64,000 nt of DNA from an uncultured Candidatus Actinomarina sp. (GCA_902582695.1 CACHTH010000002.1:26483-90482); one strand, 5' to 3'. Positions 9,295 through 19,583 are shown, counted from the first letter of the stretch. Notes: a model not told the origin generated them from the sequence alone. Made by a program: numbers and translations.

Positions 9295-10766
9295 GCCCTA
9301 TTTGTAGATTTGTTTAGCATTTTTAAATCTTCTTTTATACTCTCAAGCATATCTAAATCCTCTAGTCTCCATTTCCAATTACCTACTTGAGTTCCTGGTG
9401 AATTAAACCTTGCTTCTTTATCAAGTTCGAGTAAATCTTGAACAGTTGTAATTGCTAATTGACATGGAGACTCCCAAACAAGTGATATAAAGTTCCAAAC
9501 ATCAGAGTCATATTGCGATTTAATATCTTTTTTATAATCATAAAAAAACTGAAGCTGAACATCTTCAACCTCATTTAACCATTGTTTCACTGTAGGACTA
9601 TCGTGCGTGCCGGTGTATGCTGCAATATTAAAATCCCAATTTTTTGGATGAATTTCATCGTGTACTTGATTGTTAGGCACTCGTTGTTGTAAAACTTTCA
9701 TACCTGGGATTGTATATTTTTTTAATATATCTGCAGTTTCTTCAAGAACTACACCTAAATCCTCAGCCAGCAATTTTTTAAAATCAACGTCTTTAGAAAC
9801 AGTACTAAAAAATGTTTCCCAAGGACCTTTTCTCCAGTGACCATTAAGAGCTGATTCACCGTAAGGTATGGCCCAAAACTGAAAAAACCCAACAAAGTGA
9901 TCAATTCTTAAATAATCATAATTTTGTAAATTGTAATTTAATTTATCAATCCAGTATTTGTATCCCTCATCTTTGTGATTATCCCATTGATACAAAGCTG
10001 TATTCCAGACTTGACCTTCAACTGTAAAATCATCTGGAACGGCACCTGATACAAAGCTCATATTATTAAAATCGTCCAAATCAAATAAATGTTTGTCTAA
10101 CCATACATCTGCAGAGTTATGGTTCGCATATATTGGTATATCTCCAAGAATTCTTACATTGTTATTATTTGCGTAGGATTTAAGTTTTTGCCACTGTTTA
10201 TTAAACTCAAATTGTAAAAATAAGTTTTTCATAAAAATATCTTTATATTCATCAAATACCATATCAAATAGCTCCTCTGAAAAATTCTGATAATCACTAG
10301 ACCACTCAATCCACGAACTTTCAAAAACCTCACTCAAGGTTATAAAGGTTATGTGTCTTTTAATTAAATCGTTTTTCAGAAATTTCTGATATTCATTGTC
10401 GTTATAATTTACTCTCTCAGCAACAAGGTTAAAAATTTTATCTTTGTTTGTGTATACAGCCTTGTAATTCACTTCATTAGTTATTGGTAGTTTTATTTCG
10501 TTTAATTCACTTTCGTTATATATATTGTTTTCTAAGTCATCTAAAGAAACAATATATGGGTTACCCAAAACAGATGACTTACTAGAGTATGGTGAAAATT
10601 CAATATTATCTGTTATTCCCAAAGGAAGAACTTGCCATATTTTGGTGTTTGATTGGTTGAGAAGATCAATAAATTCATAGCTTTCTTTACCCAAATCTCC
10701 AATACCGTATGAACTAGGTAAAGATGTTGGATGTAAAATTAATCCACTACTTTTATTTATATCCAT
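9291..10766 (-). CDS. malQ: 4-alpha-glucanotransferase (amylomaltase, GH77)
   Basis: 491 aa. The N-terminal LHPTSLPSSYGIGDLG matches the GH77 consensus, and the overall MalQ-like length fits. Confidence 0.85.
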   Translation of the reverse strand: MDINKSSGLILHPTSLPSSYGIGDLGKESYEFIDLLNQSNTKIWQVLPLGITDNIEFSPYSSKSSVLGNPYIVSLDDLENNIYNESELNEIKLPITNEVNYKAVYTNKDKIFNLVAERVNYNDNEYQKFLKNDLIKRHITFITLSEVFESSWIEWSSDYQNFSEELFDMVFDEYKDIFMKNLFLQFEFNKQWQKLKSYANNNNVRILGDIPIYANHNSADVWLDKHLFDLDDFNNMSFVSGAVPDDFTVEGQVWNTALYQWDNHKDEGYKYWIDKLNYNLQNYDYLRIDHFVGFFQFWAIPYGESALNGHWRKGPWETFFSTVSKDVDFKKLLAEDLGVVLEETADILKKYTIPGMKVLQQRVPNNQVHDEIHPKNWDFNIAAYTGTHDSPTVKQWLNEVEDVQLQFFYDYKKDIKSQYDSDVWNFISLVWESPCQLAITTVQDLLELDKEARFNSPGTQVGNWKWRLEDLDMLESIKEDLKMLNKSTNRA

Positions 10767-10818
10767 ATCACTTCAAATATAGAGTATATAATGTCTATTT
10801 GATAGTAAATTAATTTTT

Positions 10819-12750
10819 ATGGTAGAAGAGCACAGTCCCGAATTTGTAGATGCTGGCGAAAAGCAAAAGATAGATTTTTTTGATGGTGATGTTCATTTAG
10901 GGCATTACGATTTTAGATTTGATTTTAACGATAAAAAACACTTTTCTATTTCTAGAGACGGAACTGGAAGAGTTAGAGTTCACTCTCAAAAAAATATCTC
11001 AAAACTATGGATTTTATTGGAAGATGAAGATTTTAGGCCAATTGAACTAAGGAAGTATGCAGAAACAGACAGGTTTATTTTTTGGGGTACACAGATACAG
11101 TTCAGATCAACTACAGCAAAGTTCAGCTTCGCAGCAAGCACAGATGAACAGCTTAATCTTTATCTAGGAACTAGTGGTATAGCAAATTTCATATCTCCTT
11201 CAGAAAAATGGGTTTACGATTCTGGCTCATACCAAAGACACACAATTCCTGACTGGGTATATGGCGGCGTAATGTATCAAGTATTTCCAGATAGATTTGC
11301 TAATGGAGACAGTTCTCTAAATCCAAAAAATACTGTTGAATGGGGTTCAATTCCTACAAGATTAGATTTTCAAGGTGGAGACTTATATGGAGTAATCCAA
11401 AAGCTTGATCATGTCCAGTCTCTCGGAGTAAATATAATTTACTTAAATCCAATCTTTTTGTCATCTAGCACACACAAGTACGATGCATGGGATCATTTCA
11501 AAGTAGACCCTACATTAGGTGGTGATGATGCTTTACGAGAATTAATTGAAGAATGTCATAAGAGAGGTATGAAAATAATCTTAGACTGTTCATTAAATCA
11601 TGTTCACCCAAGACATTTTGCATTTCAAGACTTAGTTAAGAATGGAGAGAGGTCAGAGTATAAAGACTGGTTTACAGTATTCGATTATCCAGTAAGGTTT
11701 ATCCACAGACCACACTTATATGCCAATACTTACAAAGTAGGTTGGGATGGAAATCAAGAAGAGTATAAACAATATTTAGATAAAACTTTCGAAGAAACTA
11801 TGGTGCCAGTTGAAATAAGGGAAGATGATGGACCTATAGTTGAACCGTCATTTAAAGCTTGGTGGGGAGTACCTGATATGCCCAAAGTGAATTTTGATTC
11901 TGATGGTGCAAGACAATGGGCTCTTGATGTTACAAAGCATTGGATTGAGAATTTTGATATTGATGGGTGGAGAATGGATGTTGCAAAGGAACTAGATTTT
12001 TCATTTTGGAAAGATTTCAGAGATATCGCTTACTCGACCAAGAGAGATGTTCTGCTTATTTCTGAAATATTTGGAGATACTTCTCAGTGGCTTCAAGGAG
12101 ATAGATTTGACGGAACAATGAATTACTCTTTTAGAGAAACTATGACCGATTACTTTGCAACCAAGAGAATCAACAATAAAGAATTTGCCGACTCTCTTGC
12201 TAATTTATATTCCATGTATTCTTTTGAGGCTCTTTCTTCATGCCAGAATTTATTGAGTTCCCATGATGTAAAAAGATTTTTGAACCGATGTGGTAACAAC
12301 GAGGATGGCATACTCGGAGCAATATTTCTACAAGCTACATTTCCAGGGATAGCTGGTGTTTACTATGGAGATGAAGTTGGTCTAGGTGGTGCTGATGATC
12401 CTTTTAACAGAGAACCATTTCCTTGGCACAATGAAGAATCGTGGAATAAAACAATCCTTGAATTTACAAAAACTATGATGCAAATCAAAAATGTTAATCC
12501 AATTTTCAAATATGGAAGATTTGAATTATTAGATTACACGGAAGATGTTGTAATCTTCAGAAGAATTTTACAAGACGAGTCACTTATTTGTATTGTAAAT
12601 AGAAATAGATCTACTAATGACATAGCTATCCCGTCTAATGCACATAGTATCGATGTAGTCTATGGAGATTGTGAAGCAAATCTTGAAGACGGTTCTGTCA
12701 AAATAACTAAAAATGCTGGAGATATAGGCATAATTCTTCACGAAAAATAA
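10819..12750 (+). CDS. GH13 alpha-amylase family enzyme (cyclomaltodextrinase/neopullulanase/maltodextrin glucosidase-like), cytoplasmic
   Basis: 643 aa with no signal peptide. GH13 conserved regions are present: DGWRMDVA (catalytic Asp region), ISEIFGD (Glu region), LLSSHDV, and YYGDEVG. Confidence 0.8.
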   Translation: MVEEHSPEFVDAGEKQKIDFFDGDVHLGHYDFRFDFNDKKHFSISRDGTGRVRVHSQKNISKLWILLEDEDFRPIELRKYAETDRFIFWGTQIQFRSTTAKFSFAASTDEQLNLYLGTSGIANFISPSEKWVYDSGSYQRHTIPDWVYGGVMYQVFPDRFANGDSSLNPKNTVEWGSIPTRLDFQGGDLYGVIQKLDHVQSLGVNIIYLNPIFLSSSTHKYDAWDHFKVDPTLGGDDALRELIEECHKRGMKIILDCSLNHVHPRHFAFQDLVKNGERSEYKDWFTVFDYPVRFIHRPHLYANTYKVGWDGNQEEYKQYLDKTFEETMVPVEIREDDGPIVEPSFKAWWGVPDMPKVNFDSDGARQWALDVTKHWIENFDIDGWRMDVAKELDFSFWKDFRDIAYSTKRDVLLISEIFGDTSQWLQGDRFDGTMNYSFRETMTDYFATKRINNKEFADSLANLYSMYSFEALSSCQNLLSSHDVKRFLNRCGNNEDGILGAIFLQATFPGIAGVYYGDEVGLGGADDPFNREPFPWHNEESWNKTILEFTKTMMQIKNVNPIFKYGRFELLDYTEDVVIFRRILQDESLICIVNRNRSTNDIAIPSNAHSIDVVYGDCEANLEDGSVKITKNAGDIGIILHEK

Positions 12751-12756
12751 AATTTT

Positions 12757-12780
12757 GTGCATTTGTGCATTATTTTTTTT
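12757..12780 (+). repeat. Tandem direct repeat TGTGCATT x2 followed by a T8 run; a possible weak terminator for the GH13 gene or a regulator site
   Basis: Sequence GTGCATTTGTGCATTATTTTTTTT lies immediately after the GH13 stop. Only a 4-bp TGCA/TGCA stem is possible. Confidence 0.25.
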
Positions 12781-12821
12781 ATTTAGCTAGAAAAAATTAT
12801 AAATAGACAATAAAGTTGTCA

Positions 12822-12856
12822 TTGACATTCGTAAAGAGTGAATATACGTATATACG
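12822..12856 (+). promoter_or_regulatory. Putative malE promoter (-35 TTGACA at 12822-12827) with a perfect 10-bp palindrome CGTATATACG (12847-12856) that could be an operator
   Basis: Read directly from the sequence upstream of the malE ribosome-binding site. The palindrome is its own reverse complement. Confidence 0.3.
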
Positions 12857-12867
12857 AAAGGGAGTAT

Positions 12868-14172
12868 ATGAAAACTAATAAATTACGATTTATCGTATTT
12901 TTATTGATGTTTTCTTTAGTGGCCGTGGCTTGTGGTGGAGATACTGCAGATGATGCAGCAGAAGCACCAGATACCACTGAAGCACCTAAAGAAACATTAG
13001 CTGCTCCTGCAACCACAGCACCACCACCAGAAGTAATCGTTGTGTGGGCTGAGGAAAAAGTTGCAAATGCTCTAGATCCTTTAGTTGGCGCTTATGAAGC
13101 TGCTGCTGGAGTTGATGTAGAAGTAGTTGTTTATGATTTCGGTGCAATAAGAACAGACGTTCAAACTGCTGGTCCGGCAGGTGAAGGTCCAGATGTTTTC
13201 TTAGGAGCACATGACTGGGTTGGAGAATTAGCAGCAAACGGTGTAGTTTCACCACTAGATTTAGGTTCTGTAGCATCTGATTTATTTGATGTCGGCGTTA
13301 CAGCGTTTAGTTATGGTGGAGAAGTCTACGGATTTCCTTATGCAACAGAAGCTATTGCTATGTATTACAATGCAGACTTAGTCGATTCAGTCCCAACAAC
13401 ATGGGAAGACGCAAAAGCTGCTTGTGATGCTGCAGGGACTGAACTTTGTGTTGGAGCGCCAGGTGGTGGAGGAGGCGGAGACGCTTACCACAATCATCCA
13501 TTTGTCGCATCAGCTGGAGGTTATGTTTTTGCTTCTGAAGGTGGATTCGATGCATCAGACGTTGGTTTAGATAACGCTGGAGCTTTGGCTTCTGCTGAAT
13601 ACCTAGATGGACTTGTAAAAAATGGAACAGTTGCATCCACAGACTATGGTGGCTCTATGACTGCATTCCAAGAAGGTCGTTCATTATTCTGGATGACTGG
13701 TCCATGGGCAAGAGGCGATGCTAGCGCAGTTAACTACGGTGTTGGATTAATACCTCAGTTTGATGGAAATGCAGCTACTCCATTTGTTGGTGTAAGAGGT
13801 GCAATGGTTTCATCATTTAGTGATAAGCAAGTTTTAGCTCAAAGCTTTATTCTTGACTTTTTTGCAACTGTTGAAGTTCAACAAGCAATGTATGAATCTG
13901 ATCCAAGACTACCTGCTACAAAATCTTTATTTGCTTTAGTAGAAGCTGCGGATCCTGTAGCAGCTGTATTTGCGGCTAGTGCTGCAAATGGTATTCCTAT
14001 GCCTAACATTCCAGAAATGGGAAGTGTATGGGGACCATTCGGTGACGCTTTGTTAATTATTAGAGACCAAAATTATGGTACAAATGAAGAAACAGGCGTA
14101 ACAGTTAGCAATGCATCTGATGCTATGAAATTAGCGGCAGAACAAATTCGTAATGCAATTGCTGGCGGTTAA
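12868..14172 (+). CDS. malE: Maltose/maltodextrin ABC transporter substrate-binding lipoprotein (CUT1 family)
   Basis: Start moved to MKTNKLRF (AAGGGAG ribosome-binding site at 12858-12864). Lipobox LVAVACGG. A Pro/Thr/Ala-rich linker follows (DTTEAPKETLAAPATTAPPPE). The mature domain is MalE-like (VVWAEEK...GPDVFLGAHDWVGELA...GPWA). Confidence 0.75.
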   Translation: MKTNKLRFIVFLLMFSLVAVACGGDTADDAAEAPDTTEAPKETLAAPATTAPPPEVIVVWAEEKVANALDPLVGAYEAAAGVDVEVVVYDFGAIRTDVQTAGPAGEGPDVFLGAHDWVGELAANGVVSPLDLGSVASDLFDVGVTAFSYGGEVYGFPYATEAIAMYYNADLVDSVPTTWEDAKAACDAAGTELCVGAPGGGGGGDAYHNHPFVASAGGYVFASEGGFDASDVGLDNAGALASAEYLDGLVKNGTVASTDYGGSMTAFQEGRSLFWMTGPWARGDASAVNYGVGLIPQFDGNAATPFVGVRGAMVSSFSDKQVLAQSFILDFFATVEVQQAMYESDPRLPATKSLFALVEAADPVAAVFAASAANGIPMPNIPEMGSVWGPFGDALLIIRDQNYGTNEETGVTVSNASDAMKLAAEQIRNAIAGG

Positions 14173-14194
14173 TTTTTAATTAATCAATATTAAA

Positions 14195-14223
14195 TTGGGG
14201 CTCTGTTGAGCCCCAATTTTTTT
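14195..14223 (+). terminator. Rho-independent terminator or attenuator between malE and malF
   Basis: Inverted repeat TTGGGGCTC-TGTT-GAGCCCCAA (9-bp GC-rich stem, 4-nt loop) followed by TTTTTTT. Confidence 0.65.
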
Positions 14224-14224
14224 A

Positions 14225-15826
14225 ATGATATATTTAAGTATGACTCTCTCAAAAATTTTTAGGTATACCTTATTAGCAATATTCAACGCATTAATTGTTT
14301 ATGCTGTGCCTCTTACTTTAACATTTGAATCTTGGTTCTTTTTATCGTTAATTATAGTTATTGGCATTCTGGTAAATATTGTTTACTTTACTGATAGATT
14401 CCAACCTATGAAATGGATACTTCCAGGCATGATATTTATGTTATCATTTGTAGTATTTCCTGCTGTTTACAATACATACGTTTCATTTACCAATTGGTCT
14501 ACAGGACATATCCTTACCAAGACTCAGGCAATTGGCGTTTTGGAAGATAGAGTTTTTACACCAGATGATCAAAAAGGACTCGAATTCGATATGTATATTC
14601 TACAAGATCTAGATTTAAATTTTTATTATGTCGCAAATTTAGATTCTGAAAACATCCTATTTGGAAAAGCAGTTTCAGATGATGAGATTTTTTCTACATC
14701 CTATGCAACCCATGAACCTTCACTTTTCATTGATGGTGAATTTTCTACACCAGATGGCTATTATCAACTTTCTGGAAAAGAGCAAATAGCTAATTCAACA
14801 ACCCTACAAGAACTTTCACTAGTAATTGATAAAAACACTAGAGCACAACTATATAAAATTTCTGTATTTGGTGCCTCTACAGGTCGACTAACCTCCACTT
14901 CTCAGCTCTATACATATGATGAGATGAATGATTCCTTGTTTAATAATGCAACCAATACGCTATGTCCAGTTGTAAAAGATAATTTTGAATGTGAAGGTAA
15001 AGAGATAGAACCAGGTTGGAGGGTTTATGTAGGAGGCGAGAACTACAGTAAACTTTTTTCTAGTCAGAGGATTAGGGGCCCTTTAGGTGTTGTTACTAAA
15101 TGGACATTTCAATTTGCTTTATTATCTGTCATTTTTTCATTTGCAGTAGGACTTCTTTTAAGCATGATATTAAACAAGGATGGTTTAAAATTTCAAAGAA
15201 TCTACCGAGCTGTTTTTATACTTCCATATGCAATACCAGCATTTGTCTCAGCTCTTGTATGGAAAGGATTATTAAATCCTGACTATGGTGTTATTAACTC
15301 GTGGCTAGGTCCTTTATATGAAATGTTAGATATAGAGCCTGTTAAATGGCTCAAGACTAAAGAAAGTGCCAGATCAGCTGTTCTTCTAGTTAATACATGG
15401 CTTGGTTTTCCTTATATGTTTTTAATTACCACAGGAGCATTGCAATCCATTCCTAAGGAACTTATTGAAGCTGCAAAGGTTGATGGTGCAACTGGAATTC
15501 AATCATTTTGGAGGATAACTTTTCCTTTGTTGATGGTCTCTATATCACCATTATTAATTGGTTCATTTGCATTCAATTTCAATAACTTTACTTTAATATT
15601 CCTTCTTTCGGGAGGAGGTCCTCCAATTATTGGAAGTGAGGTATCTGTTGGGTGGACCGATATTTTGATATCCTTTACTTATAAGCTGGCAATTTCTGGA
15701 GGTAGAGGAAATCTATTTGGTCTTGCATCAAGTGTTACAATAATTATTTTTGCACTCGTACTTATAATTTCAGCTATTTCATTTAGATATACAAAACGAT
15801 TGGAAAGAATTTATGGAAACATCTAA
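14225..15826 (+). CDS. malF: ABC sugar permease MalF-like (CUT1), with a large extracytoplasmic loop
   Basis: 533 aa. It carries the EAAKVDGATGIQSFWRITFPLL motif (EAA loop of the ABC permease BPD_transp_1 family). A long insert lies between TM helices, as in MalF. Confidence 0.8.
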   Translation: MIYLSMTLSKIFRYTLLAIFNALIVYAVPLTLTFESWFFLSLIIVIGILVNIVYFTDRFQPMKWILPGMIFMLSFVVFPAVYNTYVSFTNWSTGHILTKTQAIGVLEDRVFTPDDQKGLEFDMYILQDLDLNFYYVANLDSENILFGKAVSDDEIFSTSYATHEPSLFIDGEFSTPDGYYQLSGKEQIANSTTLQELSLVIDKNTRAQLYKISVFGASTGRLTSTSQLYTYDEMNDSLFNNATNTLCPVVKDNFECEGKEIEPGWRVYVGGENYSKLFSSQRIRGPLGVVTKWTFQFALLSVIFSFAVGLLLSMILNKDGLKFQRIYRAVFILPYAIPAFVSALVWKGLLNPDYGVINSWLGPLYEMLDIEPVKWLKTKESARSAVLLVNTWLGFPYMFLITTGALQSIPKELIEAAKVDGATGIQSFWRITFPLLMVSISPLLIGSFAFNFNNFTLIFLLSGGGPPIIGSEVSVGWTDILISFTYKLAISGGRGNLFGLASSVTIIIFALVLIISAISFRYTKRLERIYGNI

Positions 15827-16679
15827 ATTTTACAATTGGGTTAAAGAATATGGCTGGAGACATTTAATAGCATTAATGTTTGTTACATTTGCTATTTATC
15901 CAATTTTATTTGTTGCAACAAATTCGATTGCAGATTTTGCAAACTTAACTAATTCGAAATTAATTCCAGATGGACTTACTTTAAAGCATTACAAATTGCT
16001 TTCTTCAGATCCATTAGTTCCTTATTTTAAGTGGCTTTACAATACCTATAAAGTTGCTTTAATTGCAGCATTCTTTAATGTTTTTCTTGGGACACTAGCT
16101 GCATATGCGTTTTCTAGACTACAGTTCAAGGGTCGAAGAGCAAGTTTATTAACATTAGTAATAGTTCAAATGTTTCCATCGTTTTTAGCATTTGTTGCAA
16201 TATATCTTTTGTTCTTTCAAATCAGTGATATTGCACCATTTATGGGGCTTGGTACACATATTGGATTAATTCTTGTTTACCTTGGTGGATCAATAGGATT
16301 TAATTCCTGGTTAATTAAAGGTTTTATGGATACCATATCACCTTCACTTGATGAAGCTGCAAAAGTAGATGGTGCTACTGATTTCCAAATATTCAGAAGA
16401 ATAATAGCACCGCTTTCTAGACCAATATTAGTTGTAATTTTTGTCATTACATTTATAGGAATTTATTCCGACTTCATACTTGCCGCTATATTCTTAAAAG
16501 ATAAAAATTTATGGACAGTTGCAGTTGGAATAAATACAGTTTTTATAGATGATTTCAACGCTGACTGGGGAGTAATCGCTGCTTCATCAGTTATAGCGGC
16601 AACACCGATTGCAGTTCTATTTATCTTTTTCCAGAAGCAAATTACAGGGGGATTAACTGCAGGCTCTGTAAAAGGATAA
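15813..16679 (+). CDS. malG: ABC sugar permease MalG-like (CUT1)
   Basis: 288 aa with an EAAKVDGATDFQIFRRIIAPL EAA loop. It overlaps malF by 14 nt. Confidence 0.8.
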   Translation: METSKFYNWVKEYGWRHLIALMFVTFAIYPILFVATNSIADFANLTNSKLIPDGLTLKHYKLLSSDPLVPYFKWLYNTYKVALIAAFFNVFLGTLAAYAFSRLQFKGRRASLLTLVIVQMFPSFLAFVAIYLLFFQISDIAPFMGLGTHIGLILVYLGGSIGFNSWLIKGFMDTISPSLDEAAKVDGATDFQIFRRIIAPLSRPILVVIFVITFIGIYSDFILAAIFLKDKNLWTVAVGINTVFIDDFNADWGVIAASSVIAATPIAVLFIFFQKQITGGLTAGSVKG

Positions 16680-16749
16680 ATCCTATTATTTAATAGCTCA
16701 TTTAGCTTTTTTTAATTAAAATTGAGTATTAGATTCATGGGAGGATATT

Positions 16750-18678
16750 TTGTCTAAGTTACACGATTATTTGAAATCACAGGAAAATTTAATTACAGCT
16801 TCTGTTGATGGTAAAACGCTTTTAGATTTTATTGATAGAAATGCAGAAGAGTATCCAGATTATCCAGCATTAAATACTCCAGCTAATAGTGAATACTCAG
16901 CTTGGGATTCAATATCTTGGTCAGAATATAGAGATGTATCAAAAAATTTAGCGGCAGGATTAATGTCTCTCGGACTAGGTCCAGGCGACACAGCATTTAT
17001 TATGTCTAACAATACTAAAGAACATAACATTTCTGATCTAGGAATTGTGTATTGTGGAGCCACTCCATCTACGTTGTATAAACAATTAAAATCGTCGCAG
17101 ATTGAATATGTAGCAAACCTCATGGAAGCCAAAGTTGCAGTAGTAGGTGATCTTGAATTATTTGCAGAAGTAAATGCAGCAAGAGAACAGTGTCCAAAAT
17201 TAGAAGCGATTGTGCTCATAGATGGTTATGAAGATAATAAAGAACTTGATTATGTTCATAGCTACCACGAGTTAGTTGAAAAAGGAAAAGAACTAAATCA
17301 AGAAGATAGCTCAAAATTAGATTCAGCTATTGCTACTGTTACTCCAGATTCTCTAGCTTGTTTAATATTTACATCTGGAACAACAGGAAAACCTAAAGGC
17401 GTGATGATTTCTCACAAAAACGTCCTATGGACAATTGAAAGTTTATTTGGTCAAATGATTCCTGCAACCAAATTTCCAAGGATTGTCTCTTACCTACCAA
17501 TGGCACATATTGCTGCAAGAGCTGGTGACCACTATCAAGCTATTTACAGAGTTGGTCAGATATTTCCAGTTCCTGTATTAGAAGACATGAGAGATGCGCT
17601 TCCAACAATTAAACCATCTGTATTTCTTGCAGTACCAAGAGTTTGGGAAAGGTTTAAAGGCGGATTACAGGCAAGAATTGAAGAAAATCCTAAAAAGGAT
17701 TTAATAGACAAAGCAATTAAGAATGGCTTAGAGAAAGTAGATTATGAACAGAGAGGTGAAAAAGTTCCTCTTGGCATTAATTTAAAAGATAAAGTATTTG
17801 CAAAACTGGTCTTTTCTAAATTTAAAGAAGGACTTGGAATAATGAATACTGAATATTTTGTTACTGCTGCAGCACCTATGAATAAAGATGTTCATAGGTG
17901 GTTTCATGCAATAGGTATAGATATAACAGAGATATATGGAATGACAGAAGACACTGGACCTGCAACAATTGGTGTTCCCGGAAATGCTGCTGAGTCTTTT
18001 TCAAAAAAATTGAAAGTTGATGGACTTGAAGTTCCAAGCGTTCTCAATCCAATTGGAAAGGTTGGCATTCCAATACCTGGAACTGAAGTAAAAGTATTAG
18101 ATGATGGCGAGCTTTGTATTAAAGGAAACCACGTAGCACAGGGTTACTACAAGTCTGAAGAACAAACTAAGGAGACTTTCGATGAAGATGGCTGGCTTCA
18201 CACTGGCGATCTTGCAGAAATTGACGAAGATGGATTTGTAAAAATTATAGGTCGTAAAAAAGAAATTCTAATAACTTCAGCAGGAAAAAATATTGCCCCT
18301 GTTGAGATTGAAGACCTTGTGAAACCACATCCTTTAATTGGTCAAGTTTGTGTAGTTGGAGATGGCAAAAAGTTCTTGTCAGCTCTTATTGTATTAGATG
18401 GTGACGGAGGTGCAGAGACATGGGCATCAGAAAATGGTATTGAGTACTCTCTTAAAGATATGGCTAAAAATGAAAAAGTGATACAAGCTGTTCAAGAACA
18501 AGTAGATGAAGCAAATTCTCAAGTTGCAAATGTACAAGGTATTAAGAAATTTGTAATTTTAGATAAAGAATGGACTGACTCAAGCGGTGAATTAACACCA
18601 ACTTTGAAATTGAAGAGAAATGTTATTGCTGAGATGTATAATGATGAGATTGAATCAATGTACGAAGGAATCGAATAA
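16750..18678 (+). CDS. AMP-dependent acyl-CoA synthetase (long-chain-fatty-acid-CoA ligase family)
   Basis: TTG start preceded by GGGAGGA. AMP-binding motif IFTSGTTGKPKGV, and GDGKKFLSALIVLD, typical of the FACS-like subgroup. Confidence 0.85.
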   Translation: MSKLHDYLKSQENLITASVDGKTLLDFIDRNAEEYPDYPALNTPANSEYSAWDSISWSEYRDVSKNLAAGLMSLGLGPGDTAFIMSNNTKEHNISDLGIVYCGATPSTLYKQLKSSQIEYVANLMEAKVAVVGDLELFAEVNAAREQCPKLEAIVLIDGYEDNKELDYVHSYHELVEKGKELNQEDSSKLDSAIATVTPDSLACLIFTSGTTGKPKGVMISHKNVLWTIESLFGQMIPATKFPRIVSYLPMAHIAARAGDHYQAIYRVGQIFPVPVLEDMRDALPTIKPSVFLAVPRVWERFKGGLQARIEENPKKDLIDKAIKNGLEKVDYEQRGEKVPLGINLKDKVFAKLVFSKFKEGLGIMNTEYFVTAAAPMNKDVHRWFHAIGIDITEIYGMTEDTGPATIGVPGNAAESFSKKLKVDGLEVPSVLNPIGKVGIPIPGTEVKVLDDGELCIKGNHVAQGYYKSEEQTKETFDEDGWLHTGDLAEIDEDGFVKIIGRKKEILITSAGKNIAPVEIEDLVKPHPLIGQVCVVGDGKKFLSALIVLDGDGGAETWASENGIEYSLKDMAKNEKVIQAVQEQVDEANSQVANVQGIKKFVILDKEWTDSSGELTPTLKLKRNVIAEMYNDEIESMYEGIE

Positions 18679-19583
18679 TGTCACAAGTATCTTTTGAAAA
18701 TAGGACAGTAATAGTAACTGGTGCCGGTAACGGATTAGGTAAAGCATATGCTCTTGATTTAGGTTCACGAGGCGCAAAAGTTGTTGTAAACGACCTGGGT
18801 GGCGCAGTAGATGGATCAGGCTCTGGCAGCACTCCAGCAGATGAAGTTGTTAACGAAATAATTGCAAATGGAGGAGAAGCTGTTGCCAATTATGATTCTG
18901 TTGCAACCAAAGAAGGTGGAGAGTCTATTGTACAAACTGCGATTGATAATTTTGGCACTGTTGATGCAGTTGTTAATAATGCAGGTATCTTGAGGGATAA
19001 AAGTTTTGCAAACATGTCCGAAGAAGAATTATCTTTGATTATAGATGTACATTTGAAAGGTACTTTTTTTGTTTCACAGCCTGCTTTTAAAGTGATGAAG
19101 GAAAATGCATATGGCAGAATTGTTAACGTAGCTTCACCTTCTGGACTATTTGGTAATTTTGGTCAATCAAACTATGGTGCAGCAAAAATGGGCATAGTAG
19201 GTTTAACAAATGTATTAGCTATTGAAGGGGCAAAATATAATATCAAAGTAAATGTAATTGCTCCAACAGCATACACAAGAATGACCGAGGCACTCCTTCC
19301 TGAAGATGTTGGTAAATTGTTCAGTGCAGACTTAGTTACACCAATGGTTTCATATCTAGCATCAGAGGTTTGTGAACCTAGTCATGAAATCTTTGGAGTA
19401 GCTGCTGGTCGTTTTGCTCGTATTGGAATTATTACCCATAAAGGTTATGTAAATACAAGTGCATCTGCCGAAGACATAGCTGATAATATTGAAGAAATAA
19501 GAAATATTGAAAATGGCACATATCCTCTTAGTAACGAGGATGAGTTAATGATCATTCAGCAAGCCATACAGGGTAATCAATAA
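18678..19583 (+). CDS. SDR oxidoreductase, peroxisomal MFE-2-type (R)-3-hydroxyacyl-CoA dehydrogenase-like
   Basis: VIVTGAGNGLGKAYALDLGSRGAKVVVNDLGG and NNAGILRD are near-verbatim MFE-2/HSD17B4 N-terminal SDR motifs. The Y..K catalytic pair is present (NYGAAK). Its ATG overlaps the upstream stop (TAATG). Confidence 0.75.
   Translation: MSQVSFENRTVIVTGAGNGLGKAYALDLGSRGAKVVVNDLGGAVDGSGSGSTPADEVVNEIIANGGEAVANYDSVATKEGGESIVQTAIDNFGTVDAVVNNAGILRDKSFANMSEEELSLIIDVHLKGTFFVSQPAFKVMKENAYGRIVNVASPSGLFGNFGQSNYGAAKMGIVGLTNVLAIEGAKYNIKVNVIAPTAYTRMTEALLPEDVGKLFSADLVTPMVSYLASEVCEPSHEIFGVAAGRFARIGIITHKGYVNTSASAEDIADNIEEIRNIENGTYPLSNEDELMIIQQAIQGNQ

Noticed and set aside
12986-13636. Two long minus-strand ORFs (96 aa and 92 aa), rich in Leu/Gln/His, antisense to malE
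   Set aside because: They are frame artefacts of the Ala/Gly-rich (GCN/GGN) sense codons. They have extreme low-complexity composition, no ribosome-binding site, and sit wholly inside a well-supported gene.
12868-14172. Possible horizontal transfer of malE, suggested by its visibly higher GC
   Set aside because: Third-codon positions are still A/T-biased like the rest of the window. The GC rise is explained by amino-acid composition (Ala, Gly, Pro, Val) of a secreted binding protein with a PT-rich linker.
16680-16749. Possible terminator after malG (TAGCTCATTTAGCT plus T-run)
   Set aside because: The stem is only about 4-5 bp of AT-rich pairing. That is too weak to call with confidence.
16860-18889. 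Minus-strand ORFs 16860-17219 (119 aa) and 18623-18889 (88 aa), antisense to the acyl-CoA synthetase and SDR genes
   Set aside because: No recognisable motifs. They are antisense to strongly supported genes with conserved motifs. They are probably chance open frames.
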